From: Clostridia bacterium
GTDB taxonomy: Bacteria > Bacillota > Clostridia > UMGS1883
Direction of reading: 5' to 3'
Length of the DNA stretch: 64,000 nucleotides
Assembly: GCA_017466275.1 (NCBI GenBank)
Contig: JAFTUL010000053.1
Coordinates: 6,163-70,162 of the forward strand
This document shows positions 9,460-19,102 of the stretch, in pieces; position 1 is the first letter of the stretch; every line of letters starts with the position of its first letter. Position numbers and translations under genes: made by a program. The notes beneath the pieces are model-generated. The model saw nothing but the letters and a program-made list of their open reading frames with translations. It had not been told where the DNA came from and searched no databases.

Positions 9460-9816
9460 ATGCACAATATGAGAAAAGGTGATATTGCATTAATTACAGT
9501 AGCCGTGATTTCCCTTGTGTTGTGGCTTATTCCCAAACCGCAAGGCGGCAGGGTCTTAATATCTGTAAACGGTGAAGTTTACAGAGAGGTTTCTCTCGAT
9601 GAAAACTCAGTTATACCCATTGAAACGGAGTTTGGGAAAAATACTGTCGTGATAGAAAAAGGCGGGGTTTTTGTAACTCATTCCAATTGCCCTGACGGAC
9701 TCTGTGAAAAGGACAGAATCAGCAAAAGCGGGGAGAGTATAGTGTGTCTACCCAACAGACTCAGCGTGACTGTTGAGGGTAAAAACAAAGAAGAAGTTGA
9801 TGTAATCCTATGGTAA
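9460..9816 (+). CDS. NusG domain II-containing membrane-anchored protein
   Basis: The ATG at 9460 follows GGAGGGAG. One N-terminal TM helix, then a small beta-domain with a CPDGLC motif. This family is typically paired with the Gx transporter. Confidence 0.6.
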   Translation: MHNMRKGDIALITVAVISLVLWLIPKPQGGRVLISVNGEVYREVSLDENSVIPIETEFGKNTVVIEKGGVFVTHSNCPDGLCEKDRISKSGESIVCLPNRLSVTVEGKNKEEVDVILW

Positions 9817-10304
9817 ACACAAGGAAAATAACAAAGCTTGCCGCATTTATTTCCGTGGCGGTAATTCTCGGATATGTGGAAAGTTTGTTTCCGCCTGTTG
9901 CAGCAGGGGTAAAGCTTGGTATTGCAAATACAGTTATTATAGCAGCGTTATATATCCACGGCGGAAAAGATGCATATATAGTTTCCGTACTGAAAGTGGT
10001 TTTATGTATGGCACTTTTCGGCAGTATGACATCCTTTATATACAGCCTGTCGGGTGCTGTTTTAAGCCTTTCTGCAATGATTATTGCAAAAAGGAGCAAA
10101 AACTTTTCCATTATCAGCGTGAGCGGACTTGGAGGACTATGCCATAATATTGCGCAGTTTGTCTGTGCATATATCATAATCGGCAAGGGCGTACTTTTCT
10201 ATTTGCCTGTGCTGTGCCTTTCAGGAATTTTGTGCGGAGTGCTGACAGGAATTGCCGCACAGCTTATTGTTAAAAGAGGGAGGGAGATTTTTGGCAAAGA
10301 GTGA
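9810..10304 (+). CDS. Gx transporter family protein (heptaprenyl diphosphate synthase component I-like)
   Basis: 164-aa polytopic membrane protein. Overlaps the preceding gene, the usual pairing with the NusG-II protein. Confidence 0.6.
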   Translation: MVNTRKITKLAAFISVAVILGYVESLFPPVAAGVKLGIANTVIIAALYIHGGKDAYIVSVLKVVLCMALFGSMTSFIYSLSGAVLSLSAMIIAKRSKNFSIISVSGLGGLCHNIAQFVCAYIIIGKGVLFYLPVLCLSGILCGVLTGIAAQLIVKRGREIFGKE

Positions 10305-11454
10305 TTACCTTAAATTATCAGACGAAAAAGTAAAAGAAATCGGGGACAAGCTGAATCTCCCTGTAAAGCAGGTGAAAAGACGGGTGGAGGAAAGGGACAA
10401 GGCAAATCTCTGGCGGCCTTGTTACATCCGTGATATTGAGAAAATTCTGCATCATCCGTACTATAACAGATATACTGACAAAACGCAGGTGTTCTCTTTC
10501 TACAAGGATGATGATATAACACGCCGTGCACTTCATGTACAGCTTGTGTCAAGAATTGCAAAAAATATCGGCAGACTTTTAGGTCTTGACCTTGACCTTA
10601 TAGAAGCAATTGCACTCGGTCACGATATGGGGCATACCCCATTCGGTCATGCAGGTGAGAGCTTGTTGAACGAAATCTATCACAGCCGTACAGGACGGTT
10701 TTTCAATCACAATGTCCATAGTGTCAGAGTGCTTGACAAAATCTTCAACCTGAACATCAGCCTTGATACCCTTGACGGCATTCTTTGTCACAACGGTGAG
10801 CTGGAGCTTCAGGAATACCGACCGTCTGCACTTTCGGGATTTTCCGAGTTTGACGAAAAGGTGGAGGGCTGCTACCTCTCGCGTGAGAATATAAAGAAAC
10901 TTATCCCCTCAACTCTTGAGGGCTGTGTGGTCAGAGTCAGCGACATCATCGCCTACATCGGCAAGGACAGGCAGGATGCTGAGAGAGCAGGTCTGGCAGG
11001 TGCTTACAAGGGTAGTGACAACTCTTATATGATAAATAACTTTGTCATAAACATTGTAGAAAACAGCTTCGGCAAGGACTATATAAAAATGGATGAGGAT
11101 TATTTCCAAGCCCTAAAAAAAGCCAAGAGTGACAACTACGAAAACATCTATCTGTCACAGAGTGTTAAAGAGCAGTATGACAAATCATTAAAACCAATGT
11201 TTGAGATGCTTTATGAAAAGCTGATTTCTCAGGTCGGTGATAAGCATAGTCTTGTTCACAGACATCATATTGACTATGTTAATACACGCAGGGGATATTA
11301 CCAGACGCAGGTTGACTATATGGAAGAAAATACCCCTGACGATATTGTAACGGACTATATTGCATCCATGACGGATGACTATTTTATAGATATTTGTGCA
11401 CAGCTTTTGCCCGATGCACCTACTGTAAATTATATAGGATACTTCGAAAAATAA
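10291..11454 (+). CDS. HD-domain phosphohydrolase (dGTPase-like)
   Basis: Contains HVQLVSRI...ALGHDMGHTPFGH (HD motif). I prefer a TTG at 10291 behind GGAGGGAG. The ORF-track start at 10252 would overlap the upstream gene by 53 nt. The start is uncertain. Confidence 0.75.
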   Translation: MAKSDYLKLSDEKVKEIGDKLNLPVKQVKRRVEERDKANLWRPCYIRDIEKILHHPYYNRYTDKTQVFSFYKDDDITRRALHVQLVSRIAKNIGRLLGLDLDLIEAIALGHDMGHTPFGHAGESLLNEIYHSRTGRFFNHNVHSVRVLDKIFNLNISLDTLDGILCHNGELELQEYRPSALSGFSEFDEKVEGCYLSRENIKKLIPSTLEGCVVRVSDIIAYIGKDRQDAERAGLAGAYKGSDNSYMINNFVINIVENSFGKDYIKMDEDYFQALKKAKSDNYENIYLSQSVKEQYDKSLKPMFEMLYEKLISQVGDKHSLVHRHHIDYVNTRRGYYQTQVDYMEENTPDDIVTDYIASMTDDYFIDICAQLLPDAPTVNYIGYFEK

Positions 11455-11470
11455 GAAAGGATATATAACT

Positions 11471-13117
11471 ATGGACAACAAAAAAATGGCGGAGCTTCTG
11501 CTTCCCGGAATTGACAAAACCCCCGAATATTACGAAAACCTTTATCCCGAGAGAAATCTTCCCGAGGGGGCAAAGGTTACACGTCTTGGACCCAGCCCTA
11601 CGGGATTTATACACCTTGGAAACCTTTTCGGTGCAATTACTGACGAGCGTCTGGCACATCTTTCTGACGGTGTGTTCTATCTCCGTATAGAGGACACCGA
11701 CAATAAGCGTGAGGTTGAGGGGGCAGTTGATGTTGTTATAAATACTCTCCGTTATTTCGGCGTTGAATTTGACGAGGGTGCAACAAGCGACGGTGAAAAG
11801 GGTAACTACGGCCCCTACCGTCAGCGTCAGCGTGCGGAAATTTATCAGACCTTTGCAAAATGGCTCATTGAAAGAGGTCTGGCATACCCCTGCTTCTGCA
11901 CAGAGGACGAGCTTTCCGCAATGCGTGAAAAACAGACAGAGCTTAAGGAAAACTTCGGTTACTACGGAAAATGGGCTGTTCACAGAAATATTACCGTAGA
12001 GGAAGCAGAGCAGAATATAAAAGAGGGTAAGCCCTACGTTATCCGTTTCCGCGCCCCCGAAAACACAGGTAAGACATTTACAATAACTGACGGTATCCGC
12101 GGTGAACTTACAATGCCTGAAAACGAGCAGGATGTTGTAATCCTCAAGTCCGACGGTATACCCACATACCATTTTGCACACGTTGTTGACGACCACCTGA
12201 TGAAGACCACACACGTTGTGCGCGGTGAAGAATGGCTCGCAACACTTCCCATCCACGTTCAGCTTTTTGAGGCAATGGGTTGGAAAGCTCCTGTTTACTG
12301 CCATACAGCACAGCTTATGAAGATTGATAACGGCGTTAAGCGTAAACTCAGCAAGCGTAAGGACCCCGAGCTTTCTCTTGACTATTACAAGAGCGAGGGT
12401 TATCTCCCCGGTGCAGTCTGGGAATACCTTATGACCGTTCTTAACTCCAACTACGAACAGTGGAGAATGGATAACCCCGACAAGGATGTAAAAGAGTTTG
12501 AATTCACCACCAAGAAAATGGGCGTAAGCGGTTCCCTCTTTGACATTGACAAGCTGAATGATGTCAGCAAGAATTACCTTGCAACCCTTGATTCCGAAAC
12601 TGTTTACAACTACATCACCGACTGGGCAAAGGAGTGTGACGAGGAATACTACAATCTTCTCACCCGTGACGAGAAATTCTCCCTCGGTATGATTGCAATC
12701 GGCCGTGGCGGTGAAAAGCCCAGAAAGGACATCAGCCATTGGAAGCAGTCCAAGGATTTCTACAGCTTCTTCTTTGATGAATTATTTAAGATGGAAGACA
12801 GCTTCCCCGAGAACGTGTCAGAAGAAGACAGACGTGCTATCCTTACAAAATATATGGAAACCTACGACCACTCTGACGACCAGTCTACATGGTTTAGCAA
12901 GGTAAGGGCACTCGGTGAGGAGCTTGGTTATGCACCCCAGCCCAAGCTTTACAAGAAAAACCCCGAAAGCTACAAGGGTCACGTTGGTGATGTCAGCGGT
13001 GTTATCCGTGTGGCAATTACAGGCAGAACAAATTCTCCCGACATCTGGTGTATTCAGCAGGTGCTTGGAGAAGAACGCTCCATGGAGAGGATAAGAAAGG
13101 CTTATGAGCAGAAATAA
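11471..13117 (+). CDS. gltX: Glutamate--tRNA ligase (long clostridial form)
   Basis: Class I signatures PSPTGFIHLGN (HIGH-like) and KLSKRK (KMSKS). 548 aa. Confidence 0.85.
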   Translation: MDNKKMAELLLPGIDKTPEYYENLYPERNLPEGAKVTRLGPSPTGFIHLGNLFGAITDERLAHLSDGVFYLRIEDTDNKREVEGAVDVVINTLRYFGVEFDEGATSDGEKGNYGPYRQRQRAEIYQTFAKWLIERGLAYPCFCTEDELSAMREKQTELKENFGYYGKWAVHRNITVEEAEQNIKEGKPYVIRFRAPENTGKTFTITDGIRGELTMPENEQDVVILKSDGIPTYHFAHVVDDHLMKTTHVVRGEEWLATLPIHVQLFEAMGWKAPVYCHTAQLMKIDNGVKRKLSKRKDPELSLDYYKSEGYLPGAVWEYLMTVLNSNYEQWRMDNPDKDVKEFEFTTKKMGVSGSLFDIDKLNDVSKNYLATLDSETVYNYITDWAKECDEEYYNLLTRDEKFSLGMIAIGRGGEKPRKDISHWKQSKDFYSFFFDELFKMEDSFPENVSEEDRRAILTKYMETYDHSDDQSTWFSKVRALGEELGYAPQPKLYKKNPESYKGHVGDVSGVIRVAITGRTNSPDIWCIQQVLGEERSMERIRKAYEQK

Positions 13118-14237
13118 AAAGCTTACCGTACTTTTGTCTGTGTTGATATGTGCCGTAGCGGCTCTTGTCTATGTACTCGTTTTTACAGGAAAGGACAGCG
13201 AGGTAAAAACCATAGCGGAAAATAAACCACAGAAGGTTTCTGTCACACTAAAGGCAGTAGGGGATAATCTGATTCATTCACCTATTTTCAAGGCGTACAG
13301 GACAGAGGACGGCTTTGATTTTGACGGATTGTATACCCATATAACCCCATATATTGAAAAAGCCGATATAGCCGCAATCAATCAGGAAACAATTTTCGTG
13401 GACGATACTCAGACCTTTACGGGTTATCCTGCTTTCGGAACACCTACTGCGGTAGGGGAAAGTGTTGCCAATGCAGGCTTTAATTTAATCACGCACGCGA
13501 CAAACCACACCTATGACCGTGGATATAATGCTATGCTTCATACTATGAATTTCTGGAAACAGTATGAGCATATTACGGTTTTAGGCATTCACGAATCTCC
13601 CGAAAAACAGCAGGAGATAACTGTCTGGGAAAAAGACGGTCTTAAAATTGCTATGCTTAACTTCACCTATGGACTTAACGGATACAGACTTCCCAAGGAC
13701 AAGCCGTATCTTGTGAATCTGCTTGACCGTGGGGAGGGTAATGCCGACCTTTTAAGACGTGCGGAGGAATGTGCCGATATAACCGTTGTGTTCGTACACT
13801 TCGGTACGGAATACACACACAAGCCTACGGCAGAGCAGAAAAGGGATGTGGAATTTTTCACCGAGAATGGTGCAGATATTATTATCGGTGGACATCCCCA
13901 CGTAATACAGCCCGTGACGGAGCATATTTCTGAAAATGGTAATAAGTCGGTGGTATTCTACTCTCTCGGAAATTTCCTTTCCAATCAGAGCGGAACTGAC
14001 AAAATACTGGGCGGTATGGCATCAGTAACCATATCAAAGGAGAACGGTGAAACCTTTGTGGAAAACTATGAAATGCTTCCCACCGTCACGCACGCAGAAA
14101 GCGGTCTGTACACGGCATATATGCTCAGTGACTACACCGACGAGCTTGCAAAAAAACACAGACGATGTCCTGCTCTCACTGTTGAAAAGATTCAGGCACT
14201 TTATGATAAGGTTATGGCAATAGAAGTTTACCAATAA
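13104..14237 (+). CDS. CapA family protein (PGA_cap metallophosphatase-like), membrane anchored
   Basis: N-terminal TM helix, then LKAVGDNLIH and GGHPHVIQP motifs typical of CapA. Confidence 0.75.
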   Translation: MSRNKKLTVLLSVLICAVAALVYVLVFTGKDSEVKTIAENKPQKVSVTLKAVGDNLIHSPIFKAYRTEDGFDFDGLYTHITPYIEKADIAAINQETIFVDDTQTFTGYPAFGTPTAVGESVANAGFNLITHATNHTYDRGYNAMLHTMNFWKQYEHITVLGIHESPEKQQEITVWEKDGLKIAMLNFTYGLNGYRLPKDKPYLVNLLDRGEGNADLLRRAEECADITVVFVHFGTEYTHKPTAEQKRDVEFFTENGADIIIGGHPHVIQPVTEHISENGNKSVVFYSLGNFLSNQSGTDKILGGMASVTISKENGETFVENYEMLPTVTHAESGLYTAYMLSDYTDELAKKHRRCPALTVEKIQALYDKVMAIEVYQ

Positions 14238-14274
14238 AAAATTCAGTGATGATAATTCATCACTGAATTTTTTA
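14236..14274. terminator. Bidirectional terminator shared by capA and the phage-type repressor
   Basis: 13-bp stem AATTCAGTGATGA-taat-TCATCACTGAATT flanked by an A-run and a T-run. It touches both stop codons. Confidence 0.85.
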
Positions 14275-14862
14275 GTTTAAACTCGTATGGCAAGCAACTG
14301 CTTTACCCAAAATCCGTATATTTTTACATTGCTTTTTCGTATAGACCATCGGTTTGTACTTGGGGTTTTCGGAAATAAGAGTTACGGCATCATCTGAAAT
14401 ATATACCCTTTTAAGGGTTGCCTCATCCTCTACTAAAACAGCGGCAATTTCACCGTCATCAACGGAATCCTGCTTGCGGATGAAAACAATATCTCCGTCT
14501 TTTATCCCTGCACCTATCATAGAATCTCCCTTGACCCTTAAACAAAAGTCTGCACGGGTGTCATTTATGGGGGAGAAATACTCACAATCCTCCGTTGCAA
14601 GTATGGGTTGCCCCGCTGCAATTTTACCAAGTAACGGAAGGCTGTTTTTACCTGCATTTTTTTCCTCACAACCCATAAGGTATGCAGGGGAACAATTAAA
14701 TATTCTTGCCATCTCAAGCACAGTTGCCTGCTTGAGATTTTTTATTTCTCCGCTTTCGTATCGCTGTGCAGTTGCTTCCCGTACACCGAGAGCGTTGGCA
14801 ACCTCTAACAATGTCATACCGCGGTCAAGACGACATTTTTTTATTCTTTCGTGTAATTTCAT
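14272..14862 (-). CDS. CI/LexA-like repressor (HTH_XRE plus S24 peptidase)
   Basis: N-terminal HTH (MTLLEVANALGVREATAQRYESG). Autocleavage determinants are present: AAG, GDSM (Ser) and LKRV (Lys). Confidence 0.9.
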   Translation of the reverse strand: MKLHERIKKCRLDRGMTLLEVANALGVREATAQRYESGEIKNLKQATVLEMARIFNCSPAYLMGCEEKNAGKNSLPLLGKIAAGQPILATEDCEYFSPINDTRADFCLRVKGDSMIGAGIKDGDIVFIRKQDSVDDGEIAAVLVEDEATLKRVYISDDAVTLISENPKYKPMVYTKKQCKNIRILGKAVACHTSLN

Positions 14863-14908
14863 ATATAATTAGTCCTTTCAAAGCTGATTTTAAAGGGCCT
14901 CTGTATAC

Positions 14909-14937
14909 AGTTTAACATCAACTTACGTAAAAAGCAA
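14909..14937 (-). promoter_or_regulatory. Predicted repressor promoter (PRM-like)
   Basis: On the minus strand: TTGCTT (14937-14932), 17 nt, TAAACT (14914-14909). Operator copy 1 lies in the spacer. Confidence 0.45.
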
Positions 14938-15016
14938 GAAAAATTTAAAAAAACTTACGTAAAAAGTATTGACATTCGACGAACCCCCTATTATACTGAC
15001 TTACGTAAAACGTAAG
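14921..15016. promoter_or_regulatory. Three operator-like repeats ACTTACGTAAAA (palindromic core TTACGTAA)
   Basis: Copies at 14921-14934, 14953-14966 and 14999-15010. The third extends to the palindrome CTTACG-taaaa-CGTAAG (15000-15016). A degenerate fourth copy ACTTACACGAAA is at 15049-15060. Confidence 0.75.
14969..14997 (+). promoter_or_regulatory. Predicted early/late rightward promoter (PR-like)
   Basis: TTGACA (14969-14974), 17 nt, TATACT (14992-14997). Bracketed by operator copies 2 and 3. Confidence 0.65.
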
Positions 15017-15063
15017 GCGAACAAAAGTTTGCTATAAAACTTACACGAAAGGAAAGATGCAAA

Positions 15064-15312
15064 ATGAAGTATTACGGAAAATTTTGTATAGTTTGCGGCA
15101 GGAGGATTCCGGAGCTTTCTTTAAGGAGAAGAACCTGCAGTGAGTTCTGCCGTTCCCGTTATAAGTGCGGATATGCTCCGTATAAAAATTGCACATCTTT
15201 GCCGTATGATGATTTGACGGCCATTCAGGAAGAAGCACAGAAAATGGGAATGAGCTACGGAAAATATATGGCAATGAAATATAAAAAGGAGAGTGAAGCC
15301 ATATGCCGATGA
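15064..15312 (+). CDS. Small zinc-ribbon protein, function unknown
   Basis: 82 aa with CIVC...CSEFC Cys pairs and a helical C-terminus (DDLTAIQEEAQKMGMSYGKYMA). First gene downstream of the PR-like promoter. Confidence 0.6.
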   Translation: MKYYGKFCIVCGRRIPELSLRRRTCSEFCRSRYKCGYAPYKNCTSLPYDDLTAIQEEAQKMGMSYGKYMAMKYKKESEAICR

Positions 15313-15503
15313 TGATGCAGTGCCCTTTTTATAAAAGGGACAACTACCTGAAGCTTTATTGCGAGGGAGGAACGCTAAAGTTCCCCGATGCAAGTGCGAG
15401 GAGTGAGTATGTACTCGGTTACTGTGCAAACAGTTATAACTGGAGAAAGTGTCCCATCGCTCATTGTCTTGAAAATTACTATTTCAGAAAGGAAGAGAAG
15501 TAA
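15303..15503 (+). CDS. Small Cys-rich protein, function unknown
   Basis: 66 aa with 5 Cys. Start overlaps the upstream gene and stop abuts the next (translational coupling). Confidence 0.55.
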   Translation: MPMMMQCPFYKRDNYLKLYCEGGTLKFPDASARSEYVLGYCANSYNWRKCPIAHCLENYYFRKEEK

Positions 15504-15757
15504 TGGATTATAAAAACGAGATAGCACGCCGTGATAAAAAGATTGAGGACTTAAAAAAGGAAATAAAAGCAAGGGAAGAAGAAATCTCCGCAATGCACGA
15601 GCTACTTGACTGTGCGGCAGCAAACCTTGTGCTTACGGTAAAAGAAAAAACAGTAAAAATTTCAAAAAAAGAGGTAAGCGAAGCCTTGGGTAAGTTCCAT
15701 TTGCAGGCAAAGGACGACGGAAACGGAAATTATATTCTGGAGATTGTGGAAGAATGA
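15503..15757 (+). CDS. Small coiled-coil protein, function unknown (sits where TerS would be)
   Basis: 84 aa, K/E-rich heptad-like N-terminus. ATGA overlap with TerL. Confidence 0.55.
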   Translation: MDYKNEIARRDKKIEDLKKEIKAREEEISAMHELLDCAAANLVLTVKEKTVKISKKEVSEALGKFHLQAKDDGNGNYILEIVEE

Positions 15758-17175
15758 ATATAATCTGGACACCTCAGCCGAGACAGAGGGAATTTATGAA
15801 ACGCAGAGAACACGAGGCTCTCTACGGTGGTGCTGCAGGGGGAGGGAAAAGCGACTGTGCCATTGCCGAGGCACTCCGTCAGGTACATATTCCTCATTAC
15901 AGAGGTCTTATTCTCCGTAAAACCTACCCCCAGCTTTCCGAAATGGTTGACAGAAGCAGGGAAATCTACCTACCTTCATTTCCCGACGCAAAATACAACG
16001 ACCAGAAGCACTCGTGGACATTTCCAAGCGGTGCGAAAATATATTTCGGTGCAATGCAGCACACCAAGGACAGAACAAACTATCAGGGTAAAAGGTACGA
16101 TTTTATTGACTTTGACGAGCTGACTCATTTCACATGGGACGAGTACAGCTATCTGTTTTCCAGAAACCGCCCCAACGGACCTGGAACGAGGTGCTACATC
16201 CGTGCTCAGGCAAATCCGGGCGGTATCGGTCATGGGTGGGTAAAGGAGAGGTTTATTTCTCCTGCACCGCCCATGACACCCATCCATGAGGATGTAAAAA
16301 TAATATTTCCCGACGGCAAAAGCGAAATAAGACGGCGAAGCAGGGTTTTTGTTCCATCAAGTATTTTTGACAACAAAATCCTTATGGAAAACGACCCCGA
16401 ATATATAACCCGCCTTGCATCACTTCCCGAAAATGAAAAACGTGCATTATTATACGGCGACTGGGACAGCTTCTCAGGGCAGGTATTTATGGAATGGAGA
16501 AACAACCCTGACGGATACTCAACCCGAAAGAACACCCACGTAATACCACCTTTCAAAATACCCCATTCGTGGAAGATATACCGTGGATTTGACTTTGGCT
16601 ATTCACGTCCCTTTTCAGTGGGGTGGTATGGGGTTGACCACGACGGCAGGCTTTACCGCATACGCGAGCTTTACGGATGTACGGGTACTCCGAACGAGGG
16701 GGTGAGGTGGGAGCCTGCGGAAATTGCAAAAAAGATAAAAACTATTGAAAACGAGGACATTAATCTTAAAGGGAAATATATATATGGCATTGCCGACCCG
16801 TCAATTTTTGACGAGAGCAGGGGTGAAAGCGTTGCCGTAATGATGGAAAGACAGGGAGTGTTTTTTGAAAAGGCAGATAACACCCGTGTTGCAGGAAAAA
16901 TGCAGCTTCACAACCGTCTTGCCTTTGACGAAAACGGTATACCCATGCTTTACATATTCAGCACCTGCAAGCATTTCATAAGAACAATTCCCTCCCTTGT
17001 ATACAGCGAGGCGGATGTGGAAGATATTGACACAACGCAGGAGGACCATATATATGACGAGGTCAGGTACATTGCTATGGCAAACCCCATAAATCCCCCG
17101 AAAAGAGAGTCCCCCATAAAAATATACAACCCATTGGAGGTGGATAGTTACGGAGAATACAACTTCTACAGATAA
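15754..17175 (+). CDS. terL: Phage terminase large subunit
   Basis: 473 aa. Walker A GGAAGGGKS, a Walker B-like FIDFDELTHF, and a C-terminal nuclease-like region with acidic residues. Confidence 0.9.
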   Translation: MNIIWTPQPRQREFMKRREHEALYGGAAGGGKSDCAIAEALRQVHIPHYRGLILRKTYPQLSEMVDRSREIYLPSFPDAKYNDQKHSWTFPSGAKIYFGAMQHTKDRTNYQGKRYDFIDFDELTHFTWDEYSYLFSRNRPNGPGTRCYIRAQANPGGIGHGWVKERFISPAPPMTPIHEDVKIIFPDGKSEIRRRSRVFVPSSIFDNKILMENDPEYITRLASLPENEKRALLYGDWDSFSGQVFMEWRNNPDGYSTRKNTHVIPPFKIPHSWKIYRGFDFGYSRPFSVGWYGVDHDGRLYRIRELYGCTGTPNEGVRWEPAEIAKKIKTIENEDINLKGKYIYGIADPSIFDESRGESVAVMMERQGVFFEKADNTRVAGKMQLHNRLAFDENGIPMLYIFSTCKHFIRTIPSLVYSEADVEDIDTTQEDHIYDEVRYIAMANPINPPKRESPIKIYNPLEVDSYGEYNFYR

Positions 17176-17179
17176 AGAA

Positions 17180-17461
17180 ATGAAAATTGCCGACAAGCTT
17201 CTTGGAGTGCTCGACAAGGCAATAAAAGACAAGAAGCAGTTTTACCGCTATATCGTAAAGGAAAAGAACGGCTCCGACAGCGGAGAAGAAGAGCGAGTTT
17301 TCGGGAAAATGGATATGCAGGCATTTAACAACGCCATAAAAGCACTCGACTCTCTCGCAGAAATCAAAAGAGGTATAGGCGGGGAGACAAAGAAACAGGA
17401 AGACAGTAGCGAAAAAGAAACGGGAGTAGTAATACTTCCCGAGGTGGAGGACGACAAATGA
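17180..17461 (+). CDS. Hypothetical acidic phage protein
   Basis: 93 aa between TerL and the portal. 4-nt overlap with the portal start. Confidence 0.5.
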   Translation: MKIADKLLGVLDKAIKDKKQFYRYIVKEKNGSDSGEEERVFGKMDMQAFNNAIKALDSLAEIKRGIGGETKKQEDSSEKETGVVILPEVEDDK

Positions 17462-19098
17462 AATTAACTGAAATGTTTAAGGAAAAAGAAACCGTATCCG
17501 CAAGGCGGAAAATAGGTAAAGAAGAAATATCTGTTGCTGCGGAGGTTTTGCGTGATTACAAAAATTCCAAATCGGCTTTGGAAGCAAGAATTATTGAGGA
17601 TGAACAGTGGTGGAAGCTTCGTCATTGGGAAACATTCGGCAAGGAACAGGAGAAAGGGAAAACAAAAAGCGTAAGTGCGTGGCTTTTTAACACCATTACA
17701 AGTAAGCACGCAGATGCAATGGATTCTTTTCCCGATGCAAGCGTGCTTCCGAGGGCGAGAGATGACGAGGAGGAGGCAAAGCTCCTTTCAGGCATTCTGC
17801 CTGCTCTTATGGAGCATAACAAGTTTGAGGAAATTTACTCAAATAACTGGTGGTACAAGCTGAAGCACGGGTGCTGTGCCTACGGAGTTTTCTGGAACAG
17901 CGAGGCAGAAAACGGTTTGGGTGACATACAGATTAAGAAGATTGACCTTCTTAATATTTTCTGGGAGCCTGGTGTAAACGATATTCAGAAAAGCAGAAAC
18001 CTTTTTATTGTGGATTTAAAGGATGCAGATATTTTAGAAAGTGAATACCCCTCTCTCCGCGGAAAAAACCTCGGCAGTGCAATTGATGTGAAGCAGTACA
18101 TATATGACGATACGGTAGATGTATCAAATAAGGTGCTGGTAGTCGATTGGTACTACAAGCTCCGCAATCCCGACGGAAAAACAGTTCTTCATTACTGTAA
18201 GTTTGTGGGTGACAATGTGCTTTTTGCCTCTGAAAACGAGGAGGAATATAAGGATTGCGGATGGTATGACCACGGTGAATATCCGATAGTCCTTGACAGC
18301 CTTTTCCCCGAGGAGGGAACTCCGGTTGGCTTTGGCTTTGTAGCCGTTACGAAAAATCCGCAGATGTATATAGACAAGCTCGGCGATGCCATTTTGGATA
18401 ATGCTCTTATGGCGGCAAAGCCAAGATATTTTGCTAAAATTTCCGCAGGAGTGAACGAGCAGGAATTTTTAGACTGGTCAAGACCCATTGTGCACGTTGA
18501 GGGAGATATAAATGAGGAAAGACTCCGTCCAATCGGTGTAAGTCAGCTTCCCCCTGCCTGCACAAATATTCTGCAGATGAAGATAAACGAACTAAAGGAA
18601 ACAAGCTCCAACAGTGACTTTAACCGCGGCAGTGCAGTAGGCGGAGTAACCGCGGCATCAGCCATTGCGGCACTTCAGGAGGCAGGTAATAAGATGAGCC
18701 GTGATATGCTCAAGGCAACTTACAGGGCATATACGACAATTAATTATCTGTGCATAGAGCTGATTCGTCAGTTCTATACGGAAACAAGGTGCTTCCGCAT
18801 AACGACGGCAGACGGAGGTTACAGCTTCTCCGATTACAGTAACAAGAATCTGAAAACGGTGAAAAACGGAGACAACCTCTACCGCAAGCCGGTTTTTGAT
18901 ATTGCCGTAAAGACGCAGAAGAAGAGTCCTTATACAAGGCTTGCACAAAATGAGCTTGCCAAGGAGCTTTTCAGGCTGGGATTTTTCAACCCCGAAAATT
19001 CGGCACATGCATTGGCGGCACTTGAAATTATGGATTTCGAGGGCAAGCGTGCCGTGGAAGAAAAAATAAGAGAGCTTTCGCAAAATGAAAGGATGTAA
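17458..19098 (+). CDS. Phage portal protein
   Basis: 546 aa located between TerL and the scaffold/capsid genes. Size and N-terminal helical region are consistent with portals. Confidence 0.7.
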   Translation: MKLTEMFKEKETVSARRKIGKEEISVAAEVLRDYKNSKSALEARIIEDEQWWKLRHWETFGKEQEKGKTKSVSAWLFNTITSKHADAMDSFPDASVLPRARDDEEEAKLLSGILPALMEHNKFEEIYSNNWWYKLKHGCCAYGVFWNSEAENGLGDIQIKKIDLLNIFWEPGVNDIQKSRNLFIVDLKDADILESEYPSLRGKNLGSAIDVKQYIYDDTVDVSNKVLVVDWYYKLRNPDGKTVLHYCKFVGDNVLFASENEEEYKDCGWYDHGEYPIVLDSLFPEEGTPVGFGFVAVTKNPQMYIDKLGDAILDNALMAAKPRYFAKISAGVNEQEFLDWSRPIVHVEGDINEERLRPIGVSQLPPACTNILQMKINELKETSSNSDFNRGSAVGGVTAASAIAALQEAGNKMSRDMLKATYRAYTTINYLCIELIRQFYTETRCFRITTADGGYSFSDYSNKNLKTVKNGDNLYRKPVFDIAVKTQKKSPYTRLAQNELAKELFRLGFFNPENSAHALAALEIMDFEGKRAVEEKIRELSQNERM

Positions 19099-19102
19099 AG
19101 GT

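Noticed and set aside
11420-12739. 439-aa ORF on the minus strand, antisense to gltX
   Set aside because: It lies fully inside a well-supported aaRS gene. It has no RBS, an odd Cys/Val/Phe-rich composition and no recognisable motifs. Long antisense frames arise when the sense gene avoids TTA, CTA and TCA codons.
14238-14272. attL / integrase remnant at the left edge of the phage cluster
   Set aside because: The 35-bp gap is fully occupied by one bidirectional terminator. No similarity to the 31407-31560 region or to the tRNA 3' ends was visible. This absence is reported as part of the main finding, not as a feature.
14901-14910. CTGTATACAG palindrome near the repressor promoter as an SOS box
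   Set aside because: It matches neither the Firmicutes LexA box (GAAC-N4-GTTC) nor a full CTGT-N8-ACAG site. It is probably incidental.
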